Assembly: GCF_006345805.1 (NCBI RefSeq)
Contig: NC_043021.1
Location: 8,246,001-8,310,000, forward strand
DNA: 64,000 nt
Direction: 5' to 3'
Source: Octopus sinensis
Taxonomy: Eukaryota
The notes beneath the pieces were generated by a model. It worked only from the letters and a program-made list of their open reading frames with translations. It was not told the DNA's origin and did not search any database. The translations under genes were made by a program, and so were the position numbers. Shown here one piece after another: positions 1-13,839 of the stretch (position 1 is its first letter; every line of letters starts with the position of its first letter).

Positions 1-82
1 TATATATATATTATATATATATATATATCTATATACATATATATCTACATATAAATATATATAGATATATATTTCTATATAC

Positions 83-134
83 ATCGTGACGTATATTTGC
101 CATTTAAATATGGCTAACCCCTAAGGGTGGATGC
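83..134 (-). mobile_element. Terminal fragment of the hammerhead-bearing element found at 59881-60288
   Basis: atcgtgacgtatatttgccatttaaatatggctaacccctaagggtggatgc is the near-exact reverse complement of 60237-60288; embedded in (TA)n. Confidence 0.85.
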
Positions 135-250
135 ATATATATATACGTATCTACATACATATATATATATATATATCTACATACATATATATACGTATCT
201 ACATACATATATACATATATATATATCTATATACATATATACATATATAT

Positions 251-461
251 AACGGGAAGCTTTATGAAAATAGACAAAAGACGAAGGCGGGTGGAAAACA
301 AACGAACAATTGTATTAGTATGGCGCTCAGGAAATATAAATAAAACAAGTCTTTAACGTTTCGAGCCTACGCTCTTCAACAGAAAGATACACAGAGAGAA
401 AAAAAACACAGAAAGAAGGAGAGAAAAAAAATGCGTGCAGTAGCTAACGAATCAACATGGC
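251..461 (-). mobile_element. Short Penelope-like pLTR-type element in a (TA)n tract
   Basis: Contains a hammerhead-like motif; shares gaagagc..gctcgaaacgttaaa..ttcctgagcg..taatac with 18632-18845. Confidence 0.65.
350..387 (-). ncRNA. Minimal type-I hammerhead-like motif with variant core (CUGUUGA)
   Basis: Minus strand: tcttt ctgttga a gagc-gtag-gctc gaaa cg tt aaaga; stem I tcttt/aaaga, stem II gagc/gctc, palindromic aacgtt. Confidence 0.65.
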
Positions 462-831
462 GATATATATATATCTACATACATATATACATATATATAT
501 ATCTACATACATATATACATATATATATACACATCTATCTATCTATCTATCTATCTATACATACATACATATATATACATATATATATTTGGATCCATGC
601 TACTTCAAGTTTTGCAGGTTCCTAATGGGCACTAGACTCCTTCAGGATTTTGGAATGTGGAATTTGGTATTCCAAAAGCCTGAACGAATCGGGCCCCATT
701 AGTGTTGTATAAGCACTGCTCTAAAATTATAAAAGAATGGTAACATTATAAATTTTAGAACAAAATATTTTAATTCTATAAAAGATTACACAAAAATTAT
801 GTAAAGCTGAAAATAGTGAAACAATTCTCAC

Positions 832-885
832 CTGATATAGGGTAGGAAGACATCTACATCTTTTTTTATAACACCAATGATATAC
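832..885 (-). CDS. Candidate 54-bp coding exon, phase 0-0, VYHWCYKKRCRCLPTLYQ (unknown protein)
   Basis: Acceptor gtatattatag|, donor cag|gtgaga; length divisible by 3; stop-free in the frame set by the 23361-23378 start exon (a second frame, YIIGVIKKDVDVFLPYI, is also open). Confidence 0.5.
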
Positions 886-1046
886 CTATAATATACAAAT
901 AAATTTTAAAGATAGCAGCAATTGAATTTCATATGTATAGAAAGTGAGACAAAAATAAACGGCTGAATATAATAGATATCAGATGATATATGAAGGGAAA
1001 ACTGGATATATGGTATGACAGGCTAATGAGTAAGTATTATGAGTAA

Positions 1047-1455
1047 GGTGGCGAGCTGGCAGAAACGGTAGAGCGCCGGGCGAAATGCTTAGTGGTATTT
1101 CTTCTGCCGTTACGTTCTGAGTTCAAATTCCGCCAAGGTCGACTTTGCCTTTCATCCTTTCGGGGGTCGATAAATTAAGTACCAGTTACGCACTGGGGTC
1201 GAATCGACTTAATCCGTCTGTCTGTCCTTGTTTGTCCTCTCTGTGTTTAGCCCCTTGTGGGTAGTAAAGAAATAGGTATTTCGTCTGCCGCTACGTTCTG
1301 AGTTCAAATTCCGCCAAGGTCGACTTTGCCTTTCATCCTTTCGGGGGTCGATAAATTAAGTACCAGTTATGCACTGGGGTCGAATCGACTTAATCCGTTT
1401 GTCTGTCCTTGTTTGTCCCCTCTATGTGTAGCCCCTTGTGGGTAGTAAAGAAATA
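1047..1455 (+). mobile_element. tRNA-derived SINE type B: head plus two tandem ~181-bp body units
   Basis: A-box-like tggcagaaacgg, B-box gagttcaaattcc; unit restarts at ggtatttc (1094, 1275); further copies in window. Confidence 0.85.
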
Positions 1456-2353
1456 AGTTTATGCAAACAGTTGAAGGTATCAGTGGTAGAAAAAAGCTAA
1501 GGAAAAGAAGGAAAAATATGGAGAATTCACTGCACAGTCAAAATTTTGGGCATCACAGATGGCAGTAATGCCTATAATTATTAGTATGGAATGCTCCTGT
1601 GCAATCCATAACAGTAATTATTTACACTATTTCAAAAATCACAAATATTGCATTACAATTTCATTCACTGCATAATTTATTATTTGCACATAGTTTAACA
1701 TTGTTGCATGGTCTTTGAATGCCTTTAAGAAACATTTCTCAGTTGCCAGTGCTTGAAATAAGTCTCTGGGTCTGAAGATAACTTTCACAAATCTCAGAAG
1801 CTGCAAAAAGACTCATGGGTATTGCTCTTTATCCTCTGACTAAGTAATGAAAATTAAAAATGTTCTGCCTAATTTTTTTTGAGCAGAGATCTCCATATCA
1901 TCATAGTTTTTTTTACCATATTATATGCTTAACTTTCTCTATAATCATTGCACTATCTGCCTGTCTGTCTGTCTTCCAATAGTATCAAGCAAGCAACTGG
2001 AGTAATAGAATCCTTGGTTGGTTTCATATTCATTCTCTCTGTTTGCACGGGGCAGATAAACTTTCCTATAAGATAGGAAGGAAAATAAGATAGCTTGTTT
2101 TCCTTCCTATCTTATACAAGAGAATTAGATACAAACTCATTCCAATCTATTTAACATTCCACTCTATGTTGACTGGTGATACAGTATGGGCAGATTTTCG
2201 AAATACAATGAATCTTTATACATTTATACAGTTAGGAAATTTTACAAATACACTTTTTCAAGGAGATATGATAAACCTATTTTAATGGGTAATACTACAT
2301 GTACTTTTCATATTTTTTATATTGTGATATAATTCTTTGGACTAACAATGTTT

Positions 2354-2444
2354 GCAGCTGAAGAGAGCTTTAAACCATCTTTTATATCAATAATACAATG
2401 ATGTAATAACGGATTGTTTATAAAGCTTGAAACACGAGTACCGC
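2354..2444 (+). ncRNA. Type-I hammerhead motif with long stem II
   Basis: gcag CTGAAGA gagctttaaac...gtttataaagctt GAAA cacgag TA ccgc; intact core, GUA site, one stem-I mismatch. Confidence 0.65.
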
Positions 2445-2559
2445 TATATCCTTTGTGATCTGTTTATAATTTTATTTGATATATTCTCTCACACCTCTGC
2501 CACTATCTGGCATATATAGGTGCTTACACTTATCAAATATTCACCCTAAATTTACAGTA

Positions 2560-2601
<42 letters not shown>

Positions 2602-2741
2602 ATTTATTTTAAATATTTTAATTAATTGTATCTTATTTTTTAAACAAGAATACATTTGTTAAAATATTTCGTATTTTACAAGATTATTTACGTATATTTA
2701 TTAATTTATCTAATTAATTATTTTATTATTGTTGTTATCTT

Positions 2742-2845
2742 TAACCTGAAGAGTGGCTATATTTATATTGAAGTGATTTTACTACTACTACTATTATTTT
2801 TACTATTATCATTTCTTAAATATACCCATGAAACACGTGTCATCA
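2742..2845 (+). ncRNA. Type-I hammerhead motif with long stem II and decayed stem I
   Basis: CTGAAGA gtggctatattta...taaatatacccat GAAA cacgtg TC; palindromic stem III, GUC site. Confidence 0.6.
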
Positions 2846-3086
2846 TTCTACCAAATATATATGCTTTATTTATTATTTTGCACATTACTTAATCATCGTT
2901 ATATGTTTGATCTTATATTTAATCTTTCTATAATATGTAATTTTCTAGATGGTATAATTTAACTTTTCATTATTGAATTGATAAAAGGTGTTTTTTTTTT
3001 ACTAATTTATATATATATATATATATCTATCTATTATTTTTGTGAAATTTGATTCAGTATTTCTAAATTGAATTTTTCCCTCATAT

Positions 3087-3122
<36 letters not shown>

Positions 3123-3124
3123 CA

Positions 3125-3186
<62 letters not shown>

Positions 3187-3267
3187 CACAGACACACACA
3201 TATACACAAACATATATATATGCATATATATGTATACCTACCTACATACATACATACATACTAACAA

Positions 3268-3343
3268 CTTGGCGCAAACATAACAAACCCCGATATAGTT
3301 CTTAGGGACAGGGAGCAAAAGTCATGCACTGTTATAGAGGTCA
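3268..3343 (+). pseudogene. Fragment of a restriction-like endonuclease of an R4/Dong-type non-LTR element
   Basis: Manual translation [18 protein letters not shown]; resembles the relic at 28330-28712. Confidence 0.5.
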
Positions 3344-3644
3344 AACGTACATACAAACACACACACATACAAACACACTCACACACATACAATGTGCTCT
3401 GTGTATTTTTTTTATAACACCCAACCCTTTGAAGTTGTTCCCCTTCATATGATATACTCACTAAATTATTCATCATGTGCTCTACTTCGGGGGCTGCTGT
3501 TGTATTAGAAAGTTCATTCTGTTGTCTTATTTGTCTCATAATGCTCATCTAATGTTTTTATGCTCATAAATTCTTATAATCAAATTATTTTCCTCCTTTT
3601 TGTCCTTGGTAAATCTAATCAATATCTATTTAATACATTATATA

Positions 3645-5784
<2,140 letters not shown>

Positions 5785-5821
5785 TATGTACTGAAAATGT
5801 TACATACTCTTTACTCCCTGT

Positions 5822-6064
5822 CTTTTACTCTTTTACTTGTTTCAGTCATTTGACTTCGGCCATGCTGGAGCACCGCCTTCTAGTCGAGCAAATCAACCCC
5901 AGGACTTATTCTTTGTAGGCCTAGTACTTATTCTATCGGTCTCTTTTGCCGAACTGCTAAGTTACGGGGACGTAAACACACCAGCATCGGTTGTCAAGCG
6001 ATGTTGGGGGACAAACACAGTCACACCAACATACACGCACACACGCATATATATATATATATAT

Positions 6065-6098
<34 letters not shown>

Positions 6099-6263
6099 TA
6101 CGATAGGCTTCTTTCAGTTTCCATTTACCAAATCCACTCACAAGGCTTTGGTCAGCCCAAGGCTGTAGTAGAAGACACTTGCCCAAGGTGCCACGCAGTG
6201 GGACTGAACCCAAAACCATGTAGTTGGTAAGCAAGCTACTTACCACACAGCCACTCCTATGCC
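5822..6263 (-). mobile_element. SINE type A, full length
   Basis: Reverse complement of the type A sequence. Confidence 0.9.
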
Positions 6264-6516
6264 TTGTATTTGTATATACATTTATTTTACTAGTAATTAT
6301 TCTACTATATATATATTACACTATTACCTTTTATATTCAAATGACCGAGCAGTGTCATGTATTCAACTTTAGCCTATTTACTTATTGCACTGCATGGATG
6401 TATGTCTATGCATATGTCCATCAGAGAGCTGGCTGAGCAATAGGCACAGGCTATGAGACTGCAATGCTCAGAGGAAATCCAAGGTGAAACCGAGAGGTGA
6501 AGGTCATAAGAAAGAC

Positions 6517-6770
6517 ATCATTATCATCATCATTGTTTAACGTCTGTTTTCCATGCTAGCATGGGTTGGATGGTTCGACCGGGGTCTGGGAAGCCAGGAG
6601 GCTGTGCCAAGCTCCAGTCTGATCTGGCAGTGTTTCTACAGCTGGATGCCCTTCTTAATGCCAACAACCACTCCGTGAGTGTAGTGGGTGTTTTTTACGT
6701 GCCTTGGCACAGGGGCCAGAGGAGGCTGGCAACAGCCACGATCGGTTGGTGCTTTTACGTGTCACCGACA
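6517..6770 (-). mobile_element. RTE LINE 3' end with (GAT)n tail
   Basis: Reverse complement of 32570-32838, which follows RTE coding sequence. Confidence 0.85.
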
Positions 6771-6861
6771 CATACAAAATAAGATTGAATAATTCAGCCA
6801 AAGAGGAACTAGAGAGAATAATGGAAGAGGCTAGACAGAAAAGTTTTATTAGACTACAGGA

Positions 6862-7024
6862 GGCGTAGGAGTGGCTGTGTGGTAAGTAGCTTGCTAACCA
6901 ACCACATGGTTCCGGGTTCAGTCCCACTGCGTGGCATCTTGGGCAAGTGTCTTCTGCTATAGCCTCGGGCCGACCAATGCCTTGTGAGTGGATTTGGTAG
7001 ACGGAAACTGAAAGAAGCCCATCG

Positions 7025-7065
<41 letters not shown>

Positions 7066-7268
7066 TTGTGTGTCTGTGTTAGTCCCCCTAGCATTGCTTG
7101 ACAACTGATGCTGGTGTGTTTACGTCCCCGTCACTTAGCGGTTCAGCAAAAGAGACTGATAGAATAAGTACTGGGCTTACAAAGAATAAGTCCCGGGGTC
7201 GATTTGCTCGACTAGAAGGCGGTGCTCCAGCATGGCCGCAGTCAAATGACTGAAACAAGTAAAAGAGT
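6862..7268 (+). mobile_element. SINE type A, full length
   Basis: A box tggctgtgtgg, B box ggttcagtccc, type A tail. Confidence 0.9.
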
Positions 7269-7512
7269 GTGAGGAGCAATTATCAAGAAGACCAGAATGA
7301 AAGTAACATACAACTATGTTACAAAATGAAACTGAAGAAAGAGAAACTGATAGATGTGTGTGTGTGTGTGGGTGTCTGTGTGAGTGAGAGAGACAGAGAG
7401 AGAGAGAGGATCTCAAAGAAGAGATAACGAAACTGACAAGACAAAGAAAGGGAAAGGAGATCAGATGAGTTAAGACATAGAGCTGAAATAAGTCATGTAA
7501 ATGAAACAGAGT

Positions 7513-7770
7513 GGAGGCACGATGGCCCAGTGGTTAGGGCAGTGAACTTGCGGTCGGAGGATCGCAGTTTCGATTCCCAGACCAGGCGTTGTGTGTGTTT
7601 ATTGAGCGAAAACACTTAAAGCTCCACGAGGCTCCAGCAGAGGGTGGTGGCGACCCCTGTTGTACTCCTTTGCCCCAACTTTCTCTCACGCTTTCTTCCT
7701 GTTTCTTGAGTAACGCTGCGATGGACTGGCGTCCGGTCCAGCTGGTAGGGGGCACATACGCCATAGAAAC
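7513..7770 (+). mobile_element. SINE, head C + tail V
   Basis: tggcccagtgg / gtttcgattccc boxes; gcgatggactggcgtcc tail shared with type D. Confidence 0.8.
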
Positions 7771-7974
7771 TTCCAGAGGTACCTAACAACAACAACAACA
7801 ATTGTCTAGGCCTACATAACAACAACAAGAACAACAGCAATTCGAGGGTCTTCCTAAAAACAAGAGCATCTTCCAATATTGCCTAACAATAACAACTGTC
7901 TACAGCTATCTAAAAATAAGAGCAGCTGTCCACAGCATCAACAACACTAGAGAGCTGCATAACAACAACAACAA

Positions 7975-8590
7975 CATCATCATCATCATTGTTTAATGTT
8001 TGTTTTCCCTGCTGGCATGGGTTGGACAGTTTTACCGATGGCCAGCTGGGAAGCTGTCCAGACTCTGGTTGACTGTTTTGTAATGGTTTCTACAGCTGGA
8101 TGCCCTTCGTAATGCCAACCGTTTTACAGAGTGTGCTGAGTGCTTTGTACATGTCATCAGCACAGGTGCGTTTATGCAGCAAGTGCATTTTACACGGCAC
8201 CGGCATGTAAAATGCACTGGAACAAGTTGCTAAATCTGACTACATCTTTTGCATTCCTCTGTGGACATTTTAACCCTTTCATCATCATCATCATCATTGT
8301 TTAACATCCTCCTTCCATGCTGGCATGGGTTGGCCGGTTTGACAGGAGCTAACCAGGTGGGAGCCTGCGCCATGCTTCTGAGTGAGTTTTGGTATGGTTT
8401 TGATGGTTGGATGCCCTTCTAAACACCAGCCACTCCACAGAGTGAGATGAGTGCTTTTTATGTGGCACCCACACAGGCATGGTTAGTTTCGGAATGGTTT
8501 TTACAGCTGGATGCTCTTCCAAATGCCAACCACTTTACACTGTAGACTGGGTGCTTTTTAAGTGGCACCTGCACTGGTGGGGGGGGGGTC
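7975..8590 (-). mobile_element. Two diverged RTE 3' ends (7975-8210, 8280-8590)
   Basis: (cat)n-gtttaa..gctggcatgggttgg..ggatgcccttc motifs. Confidence 0.75.
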
Positions 8591-9027
8591 ACCATCAATT
8601 GTAATGTTTATTTATTCAGATCGTTTTGAATTAGTCATGCATTATCTTGTGGTTTTGAGATTTCCATGATTTGTTTAGTCATTCTAGAATGACGTTGTAT
8701 GTTAGATGTACGAGGCCAAAGTTTGCCTGTTTGAACATAAAACAGGTAGAGTATTTGGGTTAGATATGGCAGGTTTAAATGCTATTGGTCTCCTTATATA
8801 TCCTCATATAAACCTGTAATAACTGACACAGTCTTTGCATTGCTAGTTGCCCCAAATAGCACCTCTGTGTACAGCCTGGTTTGTTAACGCACTCTTTGTG
8901 CAACTTGTACCAACAACTATGAACTGACTTTATTAATGTATTCCCCTTATAACTGAGGACATTTGTATTTAATCATTCATCCACATCACCATGTCATTTT
9001 AAATATATTACACTAGTCTTTCCTCTA

Positions 9028-9258
9028 TTAACCTTTTTGTTACCAACCTGGCCAAAACTGGCTCTGGCTCTCTAGTATAAATGTCTTGTTTTCATAAGTT
9101 CTGAATTAAAATCTTCCACCAAACCTTAGTCAAAATTTATGCTCCTAACACTAGCTTAATGATAACTATGTTATCTTACTAAATTCTTTGTTATATTTAA
9201 AATTAATTGAAAGAAACATAGAGCATCTCAAAATGAATACAAGTAACGAAAGAGTTAA
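9028..9258 (-). mobile_element. TTAA-flanked (piggyBac-type) MITE, ~230 bp
   Basis: ttaa-cctttttgttac...gtaacgaaagag-ttaa termini; reverse complement of the element at 29300-30034. Confidence 0.75.
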
Positions 9259-9888
9259 ATATCATTCTAAATAATGAAAATAAAAATAAAGTAAATCACC
9301 AAGGTATTGAAGGACTTGGCTTCTTTAAATCTCAATGGCCTGTTATTAAATAATGTACAGCTAAGGAGGTTATATTTTATAACTGCAACATATGTAGGGT
9401 GAGGGGAAAGATTTTGACAGATGGGACAGTATGAGGTTTCAGCAAGCATTGTTGAACTTATAACCCTATGTTGTCACAAAATATCTTTCCTTATCTTATT
9501 GATAAAATAATATAAAGAGACATCAGCCTCAGCTTCTTGCAACACATTCTTTTTTGTATTATTGTTCTTTTTACTCCTTTTAAAAAAATTTTTGTTTTTT
9601 TATATAACTCAGTGGCCTATAATTATATAATAAAAATTAGAGGAGGAAGATATTACCAGGGCCTTCCAGACTATGAAGGAGTGGTTAGTTAGGTCTTAAA
9701 AATATTTGCTCTCGGGATTCATGTGTTAAAATATGCATTAAATGTAACAAAAAAAAAAAAAAATAGGTGCAGGAGTGGCTGTATGGTAAGTAGCTTGTTT
9801 ACCAACCACACGGTTCCGGGTTCAGTCCCACTGCGTGGGAAACCAGCCCTTTGAGCCAGGCGTGGCTTGAGAAGGAACAAACAAATAT

Positions 9889-9934
<46 letters not shown>

Positions 9935-10054
9935 TAGATTCAGATGAATATGGTACTTAGGTTGAGGCACCAGAATTTAGTACGGTATTATCCATACAAT
10001 TTCAAAGTAAGGTGATTAAAATCAAAATAAGCAACAAGGATATCCAGAGGTAAT

Positions 10055-10139
10055 GCAGTACGATCATTTCACGCAACTTCATTTAATTGAACAATGCAAT
10101 CATTACATCAATTTAAAATGTAGAGCAATCTTCAGCTGC
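10055..10139 (-). ncRNA. Type-I hammerhead motif with long stem II, partly decayed
   Basis: Minus: gcag CTGAAGA ...long AT-rich hairpin... GAAA tgatcg TA ctgc; stem I gcag/ctgc; tgatcg is one change from palindrome cgatcg. Confidence 0.6.
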
Positions 10140-11750
10140 CCAAAGACATAGAATTTAATTAAATTAGAACAGATGGACACATTAGTATAATTATACCTAA
10201 AATCTCCAAGAAGTTAAGGAGATAGACAAAGGACATGTCTCTACTTCAGCATAGAAGTTGCTAAAATTATCAAGAAGACTCTGTCTGTCACTGATATTTT
10301 GTCTTTATGCGGTCAGTTTTAATTTATAGACTAGTTTATCAAATCCCTTGTATATCTAAAGCTGAGAGAACAGAGGGCAATATCTATTAGGGGTAGGGTT
10401 GAGAGAGTAGACAGGCATTCTAGTTGGTATAGTCATAAAAAAATCAAGATTTATTAAAAGCAATATCATGAGGTTTAGTAAGGAAACCTTAAAACAAGAT
10501 GTTGGCTGATAATTAAGGGGAGTCGCCCAGTAGCAGACTAGTGATAATGAAACAGGGGAAGTCTTATCATATGGTACTATAGTTAAATATTTTAAACAAT
10601 GTTGCTATGTATACAGTTAAAGTTTAGGGTTATTCAAAGGATTATTAAGAAGAATGTTATAACAGAAGGATGGAAATTTATGAATACATTTGAGTATCTA
10701 CCAAACTTCTTACCACAATAGAGGGAGGAAAAGAAATTATCCAGAAATAGTTTAATATTTATACATATTGTATACTTAAATACTAACTCATCAGATGGTA
10801 TCTGTGAATATTGATTAATTGGTATATCCTGGTATTAATAAAAGAGTATTGGGGTAAATGAACATGCTAATTATATATTAATAAAATTTTAATCTAAGCA
10901 GTTTTTTTATAAGTAGTGAATATACCAGTATAGTCTTATATAAGCTAAGTATGAATTTATAGAGATACAAAAATTATATTAATTTTATAAATAAATAAAG
11001 GCTGATTATAAAATAATAAAGAAATGAAATAAAATAATCAAGTAGGGCAGAACACCAAAGAAAAGGAAATAAAATGGCTTAATTACTAATACTATGGTAA
11101 AGTATATGTAGCTTGTTAACACCAATAGAGAAGATTTTTAGAAAAAGTATAATAATTAAAAATATATTAGACTAAAAATTATATATGTTTACTTATTTAG
11201 CTAATATCAATAAAAGACAGATGTTTGGTATCGGCTAAAGGAATATTTAAGTTATGGAGCAATCATATTTTACACTAATCTTTTTTTATAATTAAGGGTT
11301 ATATTATAGGTTTAAGAAGTTACTATTGTTACTCCCTACATAATATCTATAGTTTCTTAGAAGGGTTGTTTAGTTGTGTAGAAGGGTTATTTATATAAAG
11401 GCCCTTATAGATACTAAGATTAGGAGGGTAGAGCCATTTAAGAAAGAGATAAATCAAGTAATTTATAAAAATCATTTCAAACAATATTGTTTTATTGTAT
11501 AAAGTTATAATTTAGGCTAATCAGGAAGATTATTGAGAATGAAATTTTAACAAAAAGATAAAACTTCTTTGAATATTTTGGGTATATACCAATTTTTTTT
11601 AACCACAATAAAGGGAGGAAAAGAAAAATTGCAAAGAAATAGTTTAATATTTATTTATTTATTACTTATCTAAATATTAACTTATTATATGGTTTCTATG
11701 GAGATTGATCGATTGGAGTTAACTGGTATTTAATAAGGGAGCAACTTATA

Positions 11751-12175
11751 GGTGCAGGAGTGGCTGTGTGGTAAGTAGCTTGTTTACCAACCACATGGTT
11801 CCAGGTTCAGTCCCACTGCATGGCACCTTGGGCAAGTGTCTTCTACTATAGCCTCGGGCCGACCAAAGCCTTGTGAGTGGATTTGGTAGATGGAAACTGA
11901 AAGAAGCCCGTCGTATATATGTATATATATATATGTGTCTGTGTGTGTTTGTATGTCTGTGTTTGTCCCCCTAGCATTGCTTGACAACCGATGCTGGTGT
12001 GTTTACGTCCCCGTTACTTAGCGGTTCGGCAAAAGAGACCGATAGAATAAGTACTGGGCTTACAAAAGAATAAGTCCCGGGGTCGAGTTGCTCGATTAAA
12101 GGCGGTGCTCCAGCATGGCCGCAGTCAAATGACTGAAACAAGTAAAAGAGTAAAAGAGTAAAAGAGAGAGAGAGA
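11751..12175 (+). mobile_element. SINE type A with ~8-bp TSD (gagcaact / gagtaact)
   Basis: Empty site preserved in the inverted copy at 12430-12460. Confidence 0.9.
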
Positions 12176-12884
12176 GAGTAACTGAGGTTAAAGAACATGT
12201 CAACTATATACTGATTTAATTAAATCTATGTTGAGTTGTACAGATACCGGTATTACCTTATATAAGCTGAGTACGAATTAATAGGGGTACAAGGATTAGA
12301 TTTATTTAAGGCTACTAAAAATAATAATAATAACAATAATAAAATGAACAGTTAGGGTAGAGCATCATGTAGTTGACATGTATCTGTACAACTTAAAATA
12401 GATTTAATTAGATCAGTATATAGTTAACATGTTCTTTAGCCTCAGTTGCTCCCTTATTAAATACCAATTAAATCCATTTGATCAATCTCCATAGAAACCA
12501 TATAATAAGTTAATAGCTAGATAATTAATAAGTAAATAAATATTAAACTATTTCTTTACAATTTTTCTTTATTATTGTACAGATACCAGTATTACCTTAT
12601 ATAAGCTGAGTACGAATTAATAGGGGTACAAGGATTAGATTTATTTAAGGCTACTAAAAATAATAATAATAACAATAATAAAATGAACAGTTAGGGTAGA
12701 GCATCAAGGAAAAGAAATAAAACAGCCTAATCACTAAAAACCATAATAAAATATCCATACCTTTTTAACTCCAATAGCAAGTATTTATAGAAAATGTACA
12801 ATAATTTATGAGCTAAAAATTGCTAATTAACTTATTTAGCTCACTATAATCAGGATTAACATTCACCTACATAGCTCCCAACCC

Positions 12885-13290
12885 TGACCTGCAACTCCCG
12901 AAAACCTACTAGGTGGGTCCTGCCTCTCAAGGACTGTAGTCTACAGAGCCACTCTCACACCATCCAATGGCATCACAAGGCACTGCTTAGGCATGACAGC
13001 CAATGATTTCAAGGGAAGATACAAACAACACATGCACTCACTCACATGCATGGATAGAGATAATTCTACTTCCTCTGGAAGCTCTGTAACCTCCAGAATG
13101 AAATGCTCAGCATTGAATGGACCATTGTCAACAGGACACCATCCTATTTATCTGGTACCTGCAATTGCCAGCTTTGCCCCCATGAAAGACTGCTCATCAT
13201 CCATCAACCTGCAGCATCTATCAACAGGAAATATGAATTGTCCTATTGCTGTCACCAGAGATATGCCCACTTGGAGAACTTGAAACCACT
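12885..13290 (+). pseudogene. Penelope-like GIY-YIG endonuclease relic
   Basis: Frameshifted GSCLSRTVVYRA..GMTANDFKGRYKQH..NSTS..IEWTIV; parallels the 26025-26340 relic. Confidence 0.7.
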
Positions 13291-13839
13291 GGCTATCAAC
13301 AATCCAGACATACGACCTTAACATTGGCTGCTTCCCTGCACTGGCTGCTCCACAACCAAGTGCAGGGTTACCAACCACCGACCACCAGTGCCTGCATAGT
13401 CTGACCCCCACAGCCTTGTGCATCCCTGCAAACCCCTGATTTCATCTCCACATAAGGGGTATGCACACATACAGATATATAAACACACATACAAGCATCT
13501 ACATGCATGCACCCTACTCACATATGCCTGCACACTTACCCCCATATATATATTCCCACACACACCTACACACATGCACATTTGTATACACACATACATG
13601 CACATACACACATGTATGCAGATATATATGCACACACACTCACTGCACACATACATGCAGACATACCCACAAGCATCTCAAACTTTTGTTGTTTTTTTAT
13701 TCCTTATATTCTGTATCCTCATAATGTTTTTTTATTTTTCACGTTTTATCTTTATTACATATCTTATGATGTTTCATATTGTATTCATTTTATTATTCTA
13801 GTTCATCTGGTTTTATTGCCCATGAGTTGTCAATCTCTT

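Larger units (their letters stand above)
1..585. repeat. (TA)n/(TATC)n-rich microsatellite tract interrupted by two small inserted elements
   Basis: Direct reading. Confidence 0.95.
9945..12850 (-). mobile_element. AT-rich rearranged element with internal diverged tandem copies and a terminal hammerhead; probably Penelope-like
   Basis: 10700-11220 resembles 11590-12850; hammerhead at 10055-10139; ends near a (TA)n tract; no diagnostic protein motif recognised. Confidence 0.5.

Noticed and set aside
10780-10793. Minus-strand CTGATGAG as a hammerhead
   Set aside because: No downstream stem II closure or GAAA-C..GUH
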